Assembly: GCA_965214835.1 (NCBI GenBank)
Contig: CBDCCK010000002.1
Location: 1 to 64,000 of the forward strand
Direction: 5' to 3'
DNA length: 64,000 nt
Origin: Nitrosopumilaceae archaeon
Lineage (GTDB): Archaea; Thermoproteota; Nitrososphaeria; Nitrososphaerales; Nitrosopumilaceae
The position numbers were made by a program, and so were the translations under genes. Below the pieces are notes generated by a model that saw only the letters and a list, made by a program, of their open reading frames with translations, had not been told where the DNA came from and ran no database searches. Below, piece after piece: positions 1-10,678 of the stretch (position 1 is the stretch's first letter; every line of letters starts with the position of its first letter).

Positions 1-1
1 C

Positions 2-118
2 GAGCTGGACAACGTCATCTTGACTCCCCACATGGGCGCTCAAACCAGGGAGTCCCAGTCACTGGCAGCCAACGTGATCGGGGAAAAAATCATCCAGATT
101 CTCAGAGGCGTAATTTAG
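2..118 (+). CDS. serA: 3' end of D-3-phosphoglycerate dehydrogenase-family (2-hydroxyacid dehydrogenase) gene, partial
   Basis: Manual translation ELDNVILTPHMGAQTRESQSLAANVIGEKIIQILRGVI*; NVILTPHxG is the family motif. Confidence 0.75.
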   Translation, partial: ELDNVILTPHMGAQTRESQSLAANVIGEKIIQILRGVI

Positions 119-254
119 CACTACCCCTGCGAGCAGTTCTTGTTTTTAGAAAGCATTCCGCCCCATTTAACATACAGACTGCACAAGGACTAGAAACATT
201 GGCTCATCTAAGCGCCCTCAATGAGCAAAGGCCATAGTGACGATTAAAGGTTTT

Positions 255-347
255 GTGCGAGGTCACGTCCCCTTGCTGACCAGGCATGAAAACCACGGCC
301 ATACATGCCAACTCGTACCTGATTGGCGGGGTTAGGTGACCTCGTAC
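255..347 (-). mobile_element. MITE family A (~92 bp), diverged copy
   Basis: Reverse complement aligns with 3567-3658 and 46848-46940; termini GTACGAGGTCAC...GTGACCTCGCAC; no TSD left. Confidence 0.8.
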
Positions 348-865
348 ACTTGAAATCAGATGATCGTGGAATTTATCAAATGATTCTTGAGAAAGAAAAT
401 TCTAGATCTGCAAAAATTCTTGACGCGGGAGTGGAAAGCTGCTTAAACGAGCATGTGGCAGTACATTAGGATCAATGGGAGACTGAGGCAAGTGGAAAAA
501 ATTTTAAGGTCGGATAGTGAAAAATTTGCAAATGAGTTGCCGCTGCAGCCAAAATAAACCCTGCCGACATTACTGTTAAAGTGTCAAAAATCGCGGTTAA
601 ATTGCATGACAGGAGAGGTGTTTTGGTTTTACATAAAGGCGCTCCATCAGATTTGAATGGCTTGCCCCCAATCTCCTCTGAAAAATCCATCACAGGGCTG
701 ATCGTGCTTGATCCCAGAGATGACAGGCAGTGGAAAAAAAACTAGCAGGGGAGGTTTCCAGCTATCTAAAAGCCCCTGTAAAAGATACCCTTTGATGCGT
801 GCCTGTTTCACTCATGATTCCTGCAAATCCAGCAAAAATAAGTAAAAAAGCTTGACCAATACGTA

Positions 866-1858
866 ATGAATAATCGCCCAAGTTTCTTTAAGCCTGATTC
901 TATCATGAATACTCGGATTGACATGATTGGTACAAGGCCTGCTCTGAGTACGGGACTGTTCGTAGCTGCCATGCTTGCAGCTGTGGCCCCCGGCGTTTAT
1001 GCAGAGACCGTATCCGTATCTATCGACGGTACGTCCTATGACATAGAGTACATCGGAACCAATGTTTCGATAAGCTCTGCTGACATTGATGCCGACTTTG
1101 TTTCAATGATATTTGGCGTGGATGCGACAGCCGGCGCTACCCTAGAGATTACGTTTCCCAGAAACGTCTTTGACTCTGAATTTGAGGGAGCCGATGATCC
1201 ATTCATCGTAATTGCAGACGGTGATGAGCCAAGCTTTAGCGAGATAGAGACGACCCCGACGAGCAGAACGCTTAGCATAGACATAGATGCCGGCACCGAG
1301 GAGGTGGAGGTGATCGGCACGGTCTTTGGCAAGGAGTCACCTGCCATGGATGATCCTGCGATCTGCCCAACCGATTACGCTCCGGTATGCGGCACTGACG
1401 GGGCAACCTACAGCAACATGTGCAATCTTGATGCTGCCGGTATTGCCTTGGATCATGCCGGGGAGTGCCAGGCCCGGCCAGAATCGACTCCGGCCTGTGG
1501 TGAGGGAACCGTTTTTCGTGATGGGTTTTGTGTTCCTGCATGCGGCCCCGGCCTAGTCCAGGAGGACGGTGTTTGTGTTTTAGAAGAGGCCGACCCTGTT
1601 CCTGCCGAGGAGGATCCAAAGCCTGCCGAGGAGGATCCAAAGCCTGCCGAGGAGGATCCAAAGCCTGCCGAGGAGGATCCAAAGCCTGCCGAGGAGGATC
1701 CAAAGCCTGCCGAGGAGGATCCGGCACCCAAGGTGCAAACCAAGTCACTTGGGTCTAGCAGGGACTTTGCATACGGGATCATAGCGGCGTTTGTAATCGC
1801 CCTTGTCATCATGATCATACTGGGATTGGCTGCCAAGGCAAGCAGATCCAAGGGCTAG
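866..1858 (+). CDS. Secreted/membrane-anchored surface protein with Kazal-type domain and PAEEDPK repeats
   Basis: Signal-peptide-like segment, CPTDYAPVCGTDGATYSNMC (Kazal), acidic Pro-rich repeats, C-terminal TM helix; true start probably a downstream Met. Confidence 0.8.
   Translation: MNNRPSFFKPDSIMNTRIDMIGTRPALSTGLFVAAMLAAVAPGVYAETVSVSIDGTSYDIEYIGTNVSISSADIDADFVSMIFGVDATAGATLEITFPRNVFDSEFEGADDPFIVIADGDEPSFSEIETTPTSRTLSIDIDAGTEEVEVIGTVFGKESPAMDDPAICPTDYAPVCGTDGATYSNMCNLDAAGIALDHAGECQARPESTPACGEGTVFRDGFCVPACGPGLVQEDGVCVLEEADPVPAEEDPKPAEEDPKPAEEDPKPAEEDPKPAEEDPKPAEEDPAPKVQTKSLGSSRDFAYGIIAAFVIALVIMIILGLAAKASRSKG
1601..1722 (+). repeat. 21-bp coding tandem repeat CCTGCCGAGGAGGATCCAAAG x~6
   Basis: Directly visible; encodes PAEEDPK. 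Confidence 0.95.
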
Positions 1859-2385
1859 CATCTATACTGCCCTGATCTGTCCTCGATCATGTCAAGAAAC
1901 TCCTGGCCGTCATACTCGCTTGTGACCGTAGTCGGAATCACTCCAAAAATATTGGTCTCAAGGCTCGTCTTGACCGTGATTGCGCCCTCGTCCAAGTTTG
2001 ATATTTTGCCTCCGGCTCCCCCGGCGCCAATGAATCCAGACACTATTCTGCCTGCATCCTCCCCTACCTCCGCCTTCCCAGCCAGCTCAACCATGGAGTT
2101 TGGCTGAACGATGGCCCCGCCCGTGGTAAAACTTGCAATCTCCTGCCCACGATAGAAGGTCACTAGCGACAGCTGGTTGAATTTTAGCGGAGTAAACGAC
2201 GTGTTGCATACCTCAATTACCCCTCCGCGCAGAAACGAGACAAAACTAAAGCTGCTCCTCTCATTCCATTTTATCTGAACCTGCTCCCACGTTGAGACGC
2301 TGAGGACGGAATAGCCTATTGACGCCACTATCACGGCAGACGCTATGAGTACGATTCCCAGATGCTTGTCCATTTTACCTCCCAA
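1855..2385 (-). CDS. Membrane-anchored hypothetical protein (possibly LEA_2-like beta fold)
   Basis: N-terminal TM helix followed by a beta-rich domain; overlaps its upstream neighbour as in an operon. Confidence 0.6.
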   Translation of the reverse strand: MGGKMDKHLGIVLIASAVIVASIGYSVLSVSTWEQVQIKWNERSSFSFVSFLRGGVIEVCNTSFTPLKFNQLSLVTFYRGQEIASFTTGGAIVQPNSMVELAGKAEVGEDAGRIVSGFIGAGGAGGKISNLDEGAITVKTSLETNIFGVIPTTVTSEYDGQEFLDMIEDRSGQYRC

Positions 2386-2995
2386 CCGTAATTACGTTTT
2401 TGTCAACCAGGTACTGCATTCCCAAGGCATACTCGTGATCCGAGATCAGCCCCTGCACCCACGCAATTGACAATATTCTTGCGACTGTGGGAACGCTTGT
2501 CATTGCATCGCCGTCTAGCGCCTGTTCCGGCGTTATGGTTCCATTGTCCATCAGATTTTTAAGGTATGCCGTGTCGTCAATTATGCCATCCAGCCACAGC
2601 CTTGCGACATCCTTGATCCAAAAGGGAATTACGATCTTTCCCGAGTCCACCAGTTGAAACTCCGTATCTGCCCTAGCCCCGTCATATTCTACCGATATCG
2701 TATAAGTTCCTTGTTTTTTGAATTGGATTGATGTAAACGGATTAGGCGCAGTAACTGTCGTTTTGACGTCTGAGATCGCCATTGGAAGCGAGCTGCTTGC
2801 GATCCCATCCTGGTCAATTATCCTAAAGCTTGCACCATCCTGCGTTACCCTATCGACTGTAACCGTAAACGACAAGAAATCCCCGTAAGAATAGATGCTC
2901 TGGCTTGTTGCTACCTCTAGAACCTCCCCGTATGCAACCAGCGGGATCCCGGCTACTATCATCATGGCCATAAGCAGAGACAGCTTCATGCCCAA
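2375..2995 (-). CDS. Secreted thaumarchaeal protein with C-terminal IPxWIK domain
   Basis: Signal peptide; IPFWIKDVARLW..GII motif typical of Nitrosopumilaceae surface proteins. Confidence 0.7.
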   Translation of the reverse strand: MGMKLSLLMAMMIVAGIPLVAYGEVLEVATSQSIYSYGDFLSFTVTVDRVTQDGASFRIIDQDGIASSSLPMAISDVKTTVTAPNPFTSIQFKKQGTYTISVEYDGARADTEFQLVDSGKIVIPFWIKDVARLWLDGIIDDTAYLKNLMDNGTITPEQALDGDAMTSVPTVARILSIAWVQGLISDHEYALGMQYLVDKNVITVGR

Positions 2996-3032
2996 GATCC
3001 CATCTTCGGTAATAAAAACCTCAAAGCGGTTT

Positions 3033-3377
3033 TTATTTTCTGTTAAACGCCGACGGGGGGAATCTTGAAAATAATATCAGCACGCCACCTATGACCGATA
3101 TGCCGATGCCGGCGTAGAACTCGCTTTGGATTCTCTGAAACTTTTCAAGCTCAGCCCCGTCACGGAGCTGAAGCTCCTCGATTGTCATTGCTTGGATATA
3201 CGCTATCTGGGGAAGGTCATAGACTAGTATCAGCAATCCAAAAATCAGTACGGCCGCGCCTGCAAAGAATATCCTGCTGTCCACTAGCTCCCTCAGATGC
3301 AGGCATAATTTATGGCTAGGCATGAGTTTGTAAGAGCTTACCTCTCCCCCGAGATACGGCGTAGCAGGCGTGATCAT
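3033..3377 (-). CDS. Small two-TM membrane protein (start uncertain)
   Basis: Two hydrophobic helices in the ORF translation. Confidence 0.55.
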   Translation of the reverse strand: MITPATPYLGGEVSSYKLMPSHKLCLHLRELVDSRIFFAGAAVLIFGLLILVYDLPQIAYIQAMTIEELQLRDGAELEKFQRIQSEFYAGIGISVIGGVLILFSRFPPSAFNRK

Positions 3378-3566
3378 GGGAGCTCTGGCCAGCAGTGTTG
3401 CCTAGTGGGGTAAACTCTTGCCTCCGCACTGATTAAAACATATAAAAAATCCATAAGACCTGCCTGTGACAATAAAAATGAATCATATGCACAAGCTAGC
3501 TGTATTATATGAAAAGTCGGTCCGCTAGTCATCTGTGTCCCTCCATCCATTTTGGGTCTTTTTTTC

Positions 3567-3658
3567 GTACGAGGTCACCTACCCCCGCCAGTCAGGCACG
3601 AATTAGCATGAATGATTGTGATCTTCACGCCTAGCTAGCAAGGGACGTGACCACATAC
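3567..3658 (+). mobile_element. MITE family A with 8-bp TSD TTTTTTTC
   Basis: Termini GTACGAGGTCAC / GTGACCACATAC; TTTTTTTC on both flanks. Confidence 0.85.
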
Positions 3659-4046
3659 TTTTTTTCTGATCGCATCAGTGGCCTCCCTGCTCCTAAACGC
3701 CTGAAGCGGCGTCTCGCAGTTGGCAATGTCAAGCGAAAAGTGGGAGCCTTCTCTCGTTGTAATAGTCCACGTACTGCCTCAGGCCGTCATAATGCCATAT
3801 CTCCTCCTCTGTGGTGCGATGGAGCCGCTCCTGTCTGCAGGGTCAGGCATGCTGCAGTCCGGATCTGCTGCCGATACCGCATCGAGTACGGCCTGAACCG
3901 CATTCTCCTTTTGCGCCGTGGTATCAAAGGAGTATGCAAGCCAACCAGGCGCGGCATCGTGTGGCGCCGCAATGCGCTCCGTATCGCAGTATCAGAACCC
4001 AAGCCTGAGCTTCTTGTTCCGCTTGTCCCACAGCAACTTAAAGTTG

Positions 4047-4093
4047 GTATGTGGTCACGTCTCCTTGCTATCTAGGTACGAAGATCACAGTCA
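4047..4093 (-). mobile_element. Partial MITE family A copy (one end)
   Basis: GTATGTGGTCACGTCTCCTTGCTATCTAGG...AAGATCAC is the reverse complement of the right half of 3567-3658. Confidence 0.7.
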
Positions 4094-4233
4094 ACAGACT
4101 AGTTTTGGGGAAAGCCTTTTAGGCTGCTCGGTGCGACTTTCCATATCGAGTTTTCTGCGGGGGCTCTTTGAGTAGCATGTTGCTACCCAAAGAGTCATTT
4201 ACATATATTAAGTGGTTGCCAGCTAGTGCCTAC

Positions 4234-4692
4234 ATGCCTAGCTTACAGGACAGGTCTTGGACAAGTCTGTGGAAAAGCAACTCCCCGGACATAAGGGACA
4301 GGGTTGTCAGATGGCGCAGGCAGAATGCCGCCACCCGCATTGAAAAGCCAAGCAGGATCCAGCGGGCAAGAAGACTAGGCTACAAGGCAAAGCAGGGCAT
4401 CGTTGTCGTACGGATGAGGGTAGGCACCGGCGGCATGAGAAAGCAGCGGCCGCGCGGCGGCAGGAGGCCAAAGCACCTCGGCGTTACCCGGATCAAGGCA
4501 GATGTCTCCATGAAGCAGGTGGCAGAAAACAGGGTTCTGGAAAAATACCCCAACATGAGATTATTGGGCTCTTATTTTGTTTACAAGGACGGCATTCATT
4601 ACTGGTTTGAGGTAATCCTGGCCGATCCCTCCCATCCCAGAATTTCAAAAGACAGGGAGCTGCGCAAAAGGGTGGTTTCTGCAGCAGCATGA
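4234..4692 (+). CDS. rpl15e: 50S ribosomal protein L15e
   Basis: RIEKPSRIQRARRLGYKAKQG, GGRRPK, YWFEVIL motifs. Confidence 0.95.
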   Translation: MPSLQDRSWTSLWKSNSPDIRDRVVRWRRQNAATRIEKPSRIQRARRLGYKAKQGIVVVRMRVGTGGMRKQRPRGGRRPKHLGVTRIKADVSMKQVAENRVLEKYPNMRLLGSYFVYKDGIHYWFEVILADPSHPRISKDRELRKRVVSAAA

Positions 4693-4693
4693 A

Positions 4694-5539
4694 TTGAAGG
4701 CACTGCTCTTAGCGGCATTCCTGCTGGGGGTCATGATCGCGGTTCCGGCCCATGCGCAGCTTTCTGACAAGACCGGCTGGATCAGCAAACTGCACGTCGA
4801 TGCAGGCGGGCAGGGGTTTGAGGTCCTGGTCACTGCAAACTTTGACGTGCCCCGTGCCTCATTCAGCTTGGAGGAGAAGACCCTGACACTGAGCATCGCC
4901 AGCAGCCTGAAGAACAACCTCGGCGAAATTACGGTTCCAAGAACCCTGCTAGGCGGGGAGCTGACCTTCATGCTAGATGATCAGGAGTATCTTCCAAGGG
5001 TGAGATCAAACGACAGGATTTGGTTCATTACCGCTGAATTCGGCGGCACGGGCATGCATACCATGAAGATCATCGGCACAGAGTCCATCCGTGCTCCAGG
5101 CGCCGCCGATCTCCCCCGCCAGGAGGCGGGCACCGACGACGGCAGTGGCGGCGGGTGCCTTGTTGCGACTGCGGCATACGGCTCGGAGATGGCCCCGCAG
5201 GTACAGCTCCTCCGGGAGATCCGTGACGGCACGGTACTGAACACCAGGTCCGGCTCTGCATTCATGGCCGGATTCGGCCAGCTGTACTATTCGTTTTCCC
5301 CGACGGTTGCCGACTGGGAGCGGCAAAGCCCCGCCTTCCGGGAGGCTGTAAAGGCGGTGATTGCCCCGCTGCTCTCCATCCTTGCGGTTCTGAGCCATGT
5401 CGATATTGACTCTGAACATGAGATGCTGGGCTATGGCCTGGGCGTCATTGCAATGAGCGCCGGAGTGTACATTGGGCCGGTCATCGGACTGGCGTATCTT
5501 CGAAGGCTACTAGGCTTTATGCGCAATCGACCTGAATGA
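4694..5539 (+). CDS. CFI-box-CTERM domain surface protein
   Basis: Signal peptide; GGGCLVATAAYGSEMAPQVQLLREIRD...YYSFSP; C-terminal TM. Confidence 0.85.
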   Translation: MKALLLAAFLLGVMIAVPAHAQLSDKTGWISKLHVDAGGQGFEVLVTANFDVPRASFSLEEKTLTLSIASSLKNNLGEITVPRTLLGGELTFMLDDQEYLPRVRSNDRIWFITAEFGGTGMHTMKIIGTESIRAPGAADLPRQEAGTDDGSGGGCLVATAAYGSEMAPQVQLLREIRDGTVLNTRSGSAFMAGFGQLYYSFSPTVADWERQSPAFREAVKAVIAPLLSILAVLSHVDIDSEHEMLGYGLGVIAMSAGVYIGPVIGLAYLRRLLGFMRNRPE

Positions 5540-6001
5540 GATGAATCTGTTCGTAATGGTCCTGGATCTGAACCGGTCCACCAAAGTATAGTTTGATGCA
5601 TAACCGCGGTGGCTGCCATGTAGGAACCGAGCGCCGGTAGTGATCCGGAAGGATTGGCTGGGCTCTAGTCGGAGTTATGCCACAGACTATCAAAGTGCAT
5701 GCTTATATCATGCAGGAACGCATCCCACGCATGACTCGGATCATGACAGCACCGCCTGCATTTCTGCCTTCACAGGAGGCCCGGGGGAAGCTGACCGCAT
5801 GAAGGCGGCCGTCGTCCCGTGCGTGTTGCTTGGACTCTGCATTGCGGTACTGTACGTGGCAGCTGCCGCCCCTGACGCCCAGCAGGCCCATGCCAAGCTT
5901 GCATCCCCAGCCGAGCAGCTGAGATCCGGGGTGGCACCCGACCAGGTCAGGTGCGGCGAGGATAAAGTACTGGTGATCCGCCCAGGCGACAGGCCCGCAT
6001 G

Positions 6002-7839
6002 GTAACAGGTCGGGCTCCGGAAGCTGTTCCTGATTCCAGGCACGAATCTGTCTGATCGGGCTCCGGAAGCTGGATTTTGGCACAATCTGCCATGTTTTTC
6101 GGGCTCCGGACTGCGGTGGCACATGAGCGGAACCGAATTCGTGTACCGCACACCATTTACGGCAGCCACCGCTATCATTGTATTGCTATTCCATGGCAGC
6201 AGCCATGCGCATCCGGATTCAGGGCGTGCCTGCAGGGCCTGTCATGCCTTTGTTTATGCTGCCGCCGCGCCGACTTGCGGGACAGGCATCGGGATCTCCG
6301 TGACCCTGCCGTCAAGATAGTCCGTTACGAACGAGCAAAAGTTGACGCCGCGCAGCTCACACGTGGCGTATACTGTACACATGGTCTCAGTCATCTTCAT
6401 TCCCTTCTCGGATCTGTTTCCGTACAGGATCTTCCGTATCACGGCAATCATGCGCAGTACCCTCTCGCTGCCGTTGTTGTGATACTCGACGTCATGCTCT
6501 AGGAACGTAAACAGGTCGTCGACCTCCCTTTTGAGGCGCTTTGTATACCGGATGCAGTCCGTGTCCGTGTACGCGGCCGAGGCAAGCTTGTGTATGCGGT
6601 ACTTGAGGCACTGCACCTCCCCGGGCGTGGCCTTGCCCATCTCTATTGCGTCCTTTAGGATGCCGCGCAGCCTGTAAAACAGCGTGCCGTACTCGGCGCT
6701 GCCGTTTTTATCCAGCGTCAGGTACATGTCCCGAAAGTAGTGCAGGAGGCACTTTTGGTGCTTGCCGCCGATGCGGTTCCACACCGAGTACGAGTCTGAT
6801 GAGACGATGTCGTCAAAGGCTGCCATCAGGGAATCTATGACGTCGCCTGAGCGGGACGGCGCTATGTGGTAGAACACCGAGAACCGGGTCACAAGCACCC
6901 AGACCCAGTGGCCCGTCCCGTTGAGAAACCAGCCCGTCTCATCACCTCCGACGGACTCTGAGCGCCGTATTCCCTCCAGAATGCCGTCATATACAGGCAT
7001 CATCCTGGTAGTCGATACATCACACAGGTGGATCAGGGTGGACTTTGGTATGCAGGCGTCGTGAAGCGTGTGCAGTATGATCTGGATCTTTTCAAAGGAT
7101 ATACACATGCAGCGAAGAAACACGATTATCCCGATGATGCGCGTGCCGTAATGCTCGTCCGGCAGCACGCCGGGCACGGGGGCGGCGCGCTTTTTCTTGC
7201 ATGACTTGCAGTAGCGCTTGGTGACGTCCCATTCCGTCTCGGTCCACTTGCCGTCGACCAGATCCTTGGACTTTCTTGTGTACCTTTCGCACCAGTCAGA
7301 GAGCTTGTCGCCGCATCCGGGGCAGAACTCGGCGTCTGCCGTGCACGTGCGGGTGACTGCCTTGGTCTCTGGCTTCTTTTTCGGGGCCGCCTTTTCAGGA
7401 TGCGGAAAGTCGTGGAACTTGCGCACGTTATAGCTGCGCGAGTTCGGCTCTTTGCGGGCCTCCTTTGGGACCGAGCCGTCTGCCGGCCCGGATCCGGACG
7501 CCGGTATCTGCTGGCCGAGCAGTGTCCTTAGCCGTTCGATTTCCTCTTGCTGCTGCTGGATCACTTTCTGCAGCTGTCCGATTTCCTCTTGCTGCTGCTG
7601 GTTCTCGTTTTCAACCTTCTCCACCCTTGACCTCATGTGTTCAAACAGGCGGATCACGTCGGGAATTCTCCAGTCCACGTCCGTAATGTCAGGATCCCCA
7701 ACCAATACCCGGAAGGCAGATCCTGGGATCTTTATGTGTTGTGATTCCTCCAGATCTTCCTGCTAACCCGGGGTGCTGCTCAAGGGGGCCTCCAAGGTGG
7801 CAAGATTCACGCCTGAACTTCCCGAGCCCGACCTGTTAC
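6002..7839 (-). mobile_element. IS66-family insertion sequence (single-ORF, ISBst12-like organisation)
   Basis: TIRs GTAACAGGTCGGGCTC / GAGCCCGACCTGTTAC; flanking duplication CCGCATG; subterminal CGGGCTCCGGA repeats. Confidence 0.9.
6254..7705 (-). CDS. IS66-family transposase (TnpC type)
   Basis: N-terminal coiled coil, CPGCG..CKSC Zn finger, DETGW, SDSY, HQKCLLH, NNGSER motifs. Confidence 0.92.
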   Translation of the reverse strand: MVGDPDITDVDWRIPDVIRLFEHMRSRVEKVENENQQQQEEIGQLQKVIQQQQEEIERLRTLLGQQIPASGSGPADGSVPKEARKEPNSRSYNVRKFHDFPHPEKAAPKKKPETKAVTRTCTADAEFCPGCGDKLSDWCERYTRKSKDLVDGKWTETEWDVTKRYCKSCKKKRAAPVPGVLPDEHYGTRIIGIIVFLRCMCISFEKIQIILHTLHDACIPKSTLIHLCDVSTTRMMPVYDGILEGIRRSESVGGDETGWFLNGTGHWVWVLVTRFSVFYHIAPSRSGDVIDSLMAAFDDIVSSDSYSVWNRIGGKHQKCLLHYFRDMYLTLDKNGSAEYGTLFYRLRGILKDAIEMGKATPGEVQCLKYRIHKLASAAYTDTDCIRYTKRLKREVDDLFTFLEHDVEYHNNGSERVLRMIAVIRKILYGNRSEKGMKMTETMCTVYATCELRGVNFCSFVTDYLDGRVTEIPMPVPQVGAAAA

Positions 7840-8007
7840 CCGCATGCGTGAGTCCGTCCACGGCAGACCGGCTGGGACTCGAGCCGGTCGTGCGAGAAGT
7901 GCCTGACGGCCCGCAGGCAGTCGCCATTCATGGGGACGGCCCCGTACCCGATGATGCCGCCGGCGGAACCGGCGACGCGGGGGAATACCCTCTCGATTAC
8001 GCAAAGC

Positions 8008-8667
8008 CTACTCTAGAAGCAGCGACTGGACTAGCTGATCCACGTGCCCCGTCTGGCCAAACGAGACGTCCCTGAGAATCCCCTTCCTGTCAACTACGAT
8101 GGTCGACGGCGTTCCCTGCAGTGCAAACCTCTCAAAGGTCTCTGCGGAATACTCCTTTGACTTTAGATGGTCCCTGACCCTGCCGATAACCTGGTTTTTA
8201 TAGCCTTCTGGCTGCGAGTCAAATCCGGGGATCTGCCCGTGGATGAACTCCATTATCCTCTCCTGGCTTGGCTCCCCCTCGATCTTGGCCAGCCTGTCCA
8301 TTGCAATCGGAAATGGAATCTTGTAGCGGAGCCTGTTTCCATCCAGCTGGCCATACTGTGTCAGGCCGCTCAGCGTGTCCCCGATCACCTCGCCTGTCTC
8401 CACCAGCATCTTCAGGTTATCGAGCGTGTTTTTGTCAAAATCCTCAAAGGCCGTAGCTATGCCCAGAACTCGCACGCCGTCATCCTTGTACTTGCCGTAG
8501 ATCTTTATCATTTCGGGCATTCCGTACAGGAAGCAGCCCGGACAGTTGACCTGAAACACCTCTGCCACTACAATGCGGTCCTTTTCCTGGTCAAAGTTCG
8601 TAGGCAGTCCCTGCACCCACTGGGAAATGCCAAGGTTTGGGGCCTTTTGGCCCAGGACTGCGCTCAC
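8008..8667 (-). CDS. Redoxin/TlpA-like thioredoxin-fold protein
   Basis: FQVNCPGC active site, GTPS..VDRKG; GTG start at 8667 (the longer ORF call reads through unrelated sequence). Confidence 0.85.
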   Translation of the reverse strand: MSAVLGQKAPNLGISQWVQGLPTNFDQEKDRIVVAEVFQVNCPGCFLYGMPEMIKIYGKYKDDGVRVLGIATAFEDFDKNTLDNLKMLVETGEVIGDTLSGLTQYGQLDGNRLRYKIPFPIAMDRLAKIEGEPSQERIMEFIHGQIPGFDSQPEGYKNQVIGRVRDHLKSKEYSAETFERFALQGTPSTIVVDRKGILRDVSFGQTGHVDQLVQSLLLE

Positions 8668-8799
8668 AGGTAACCTCCTGGCAGTTTCCGTTAAAAAGAT
8701 AACTGTGGCCCAGTCTTCCCAGAAGTACCACATCAAATTATCCCAAGCTTGAAACAATCCAAGTGAGGATGCCTGCAGATCCGCATGTCGCCTCCACCG

Positions 8800-9110
8800 C
8801 CACGAGTCGGTTACTTCTGGGAAGACTGTTTCATGGCTGCTGTGATCAGTTGGTTCCACAAGAAACACTGACCTTTCTTCCCGAAAAGTTGTGATCGAAT
8901 AGATCAGCCCCACACCTTCGGGCAAATGCACATGAAGCGCATTATCAATCCCGTGTCTTTTTTTGTAGTATTTTGGCATGGTCTTGAATTTAACCTTCTC
9001 TCCGGAAATGACATCCTTTTTCAGATTCTCGATAATCCCTTCAGCGTCTTTGAAAACTGCGCCTGATTTGTCTAGGGACGGGAACGCCAGATCAAAACCT
9101 CTGTAATTAC
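8800..9110 (-). pseudogene. Probable degraded small gene (possibly RelE-like), no valid start
   Basis: Open frame ...LKKDVISGEKVKFKTMPKYYKKRHGIDNALHVHLPEGVGLIYS resembles archaeal RelE-like proteins from memory only. Confidence 0.3.
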
Positions 9111-9172
9111 AATGCTTGATTGCCCATCTTGGTCCCGGATATCTCCTTTCTCCGCATCATCTGAGCATCGCC

Positions 9173-9988
9173 TCAATTCGGTTTTGGCATGCAACATTTT
9201 TTGTATTTTTTTCCAGACATGCACGGACATGGATCATTTCTGCCCAGCTTCCTGCCGTACGCCATGTTGTGCAGGTCGTCGTTCTGCTTGGTGGTTTTGC
9301 AGTCAGCATCGTCAAATATATCAAGCGGATCCGTTGGGGCGTATTTTGCTGGTATGCCTGATTCGTCTGTGTACGTTTCAAGCAGATCACCATATTCGAA
9401 AAATTCATTTGTAACAAACCCGCTTTCAAGCGATCTTTTCAGATACTCTGAGACGTCGGGGTCTCTCAGATCAACCAGAGAGTCCATCAGAAAGGTCCTA
9501 TCGTCTATGTCCGGCTCTCTTTGCACCGAATCCCGTATCGTTTTGATGACCTTTTGCTTTTCTTGTGGGTGTTCTAGTGCGATTATAACCAGCGTGCTGG
9601 CAGCACAGTATCTTGAATATATGCTGGCCGAGGACAGCGACACCACATGGCAGAGGGAATCCACTGATTTTGGCCCCATGTATGCCAAAGCGTTCGGAAT
9701 CTTTTCACTAATCCAGCTATCATACAACATGTCAGGATAGTGAATAAGCGCCGAGATTATTGCAATCTGTGCCCTCTTTGTGCCAATTTTTGCAAGTATG
9801 TGCAATGCGTATATTGGGATCCACGGCGCGTATGTTCCATGGGTGTTGTCCTGGTATCTTTGATACGTCAAGATCCTTGCCAGCCTCTCAAACGATCTGT
9901 CGTCATTTATTATGATATCAAGGATCCACTTGTGGGTCTCTGTACCGTGAAACTTTAGGTGGTCTATTGCCTCTTCCCATTCCAACAC
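9173..9988 (-). CDS. DUF1186-like helical-repeat protein with C-terminal SEC-C motif
   Basis: KLGRNDPCPCMSGKKYKKCC at C-terminus; HEAT-like helices. Confidence 0.8.
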   Translation of the reverse strand: MLEWEEAIDHLKFHGTETHKWILDIIINDDRSFERLARILTYQRYQDNTHGTYAPWIPIYALHILAKIGTKRAQIAIISALIHYPDMLYDSWISEKIPNALAYMGPKSVDSLCHVVSLSSASIYSRYCAASTLVIIALEHPQEKQKVIKTIRDSVQREPDIDDRTFLMDSLVDLRDPDVSEYLKRSLESGFVTNEFFEYGDLLETYTDESGIPAKYAPTDPLDIFDDADCKTTKQNDDLHNMAYGRKLGRNDPCPCMSGKKYKKCCMPKPN

Positions 9989-10513
9989 AGAAGGAGGCTG
10001 TTAGAATACTATTATTGGTTTTGATATTGACGGATTGTTGCATGACCCTGCCTAAAATCTGAAACTTCCGAAAATCACCAAAATGTGGGGAGAGTTTCAA
10101 TCCTTGTTGAACACATGATAAAAACACCCCCGCCGTAGTTATGGTGATGGATCAACCCCTCGTTGTGCATGTGCCTCGTGCACTAGCTGTTGGATGGGGC
10201 AATCCAAGCCGCTGTGTTTCTGTGCTTTGTGCACTGATAGATGACTGCAGCTTCTGGTCCATCAGGGACAGGAGGAAGCCGTCTGCGATGACTCACTTCC
10301 TGCCCACCACCCACCCGATGATCTGGGAGGATATGACATGGCCGTACTGGGACAAGGCAAGCGCGACTGCACCGTGCAACCGGCGTAAGCTAAGGTGGGC
10401 CACGATCAAGCGGGGGGTTTGCCGCCTAATTCGCCGGAGTTCCTGCAAACCTCGAGATGCCATGTGGATCAGGCGTGCAAAAACGACGGAAGCTCAGAAA
10501 AACGCGCAGGTTG

Positions 10514-10613
10514 GTAACAGCTCGGACCCGAAGTTCATGCGTGAGTTTTGCCACCTCGGTGACTCCCGGGCAGATTCGCCCCTGAAATCAGGAACGGCTT
10601 AGCCCGAGCTTGC
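10514..10613. mobile_element. Degenerate IS66-derived MITE (family C)
   Basis: Joins sequences resembling both ends of IS 6002-7839; homologous to 20011-20122. Confidence 0.6.
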
Positions 10614-10678
10614 AAAAATTCTGGACACCGCCCTAGCCCGGATCAAGGATAATATATGAGCCGGGGGGATTTCCTGAC

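Larger units (their letters stand above)
5799..8075 (+). pseudogene. Secreted protein gene split by the IS66 insertion
   Basis: Removing 6002-7839 and one target copy joins ...SPAEQLRSGVAPDQVRCGEDKVLVIRPGDRPA to CVSPSTADRLG..., a recognisable thaumarchaeal surface module. Confidence 0.75.

Noticed and set aside
3340-3430. Possible structured RNA/tRNA
   Set aside because: No cloverleaf or T-loop consensus found; no tRNA or rRNA recognised anywhere in the window
8008-8979. 323-aa ORF as one protein
   Set aside because: Redoxin begins at GTG 8667; the upstream part appears to be an unrelated remnant in frame
10141-10627. 153-aa ORF or IS481 remnant (AAAAATTCTGGACA shared with ~22864-22877)
   Set aside because: Only a 14-bp match and a weak IDDCS similarity; insufficient support
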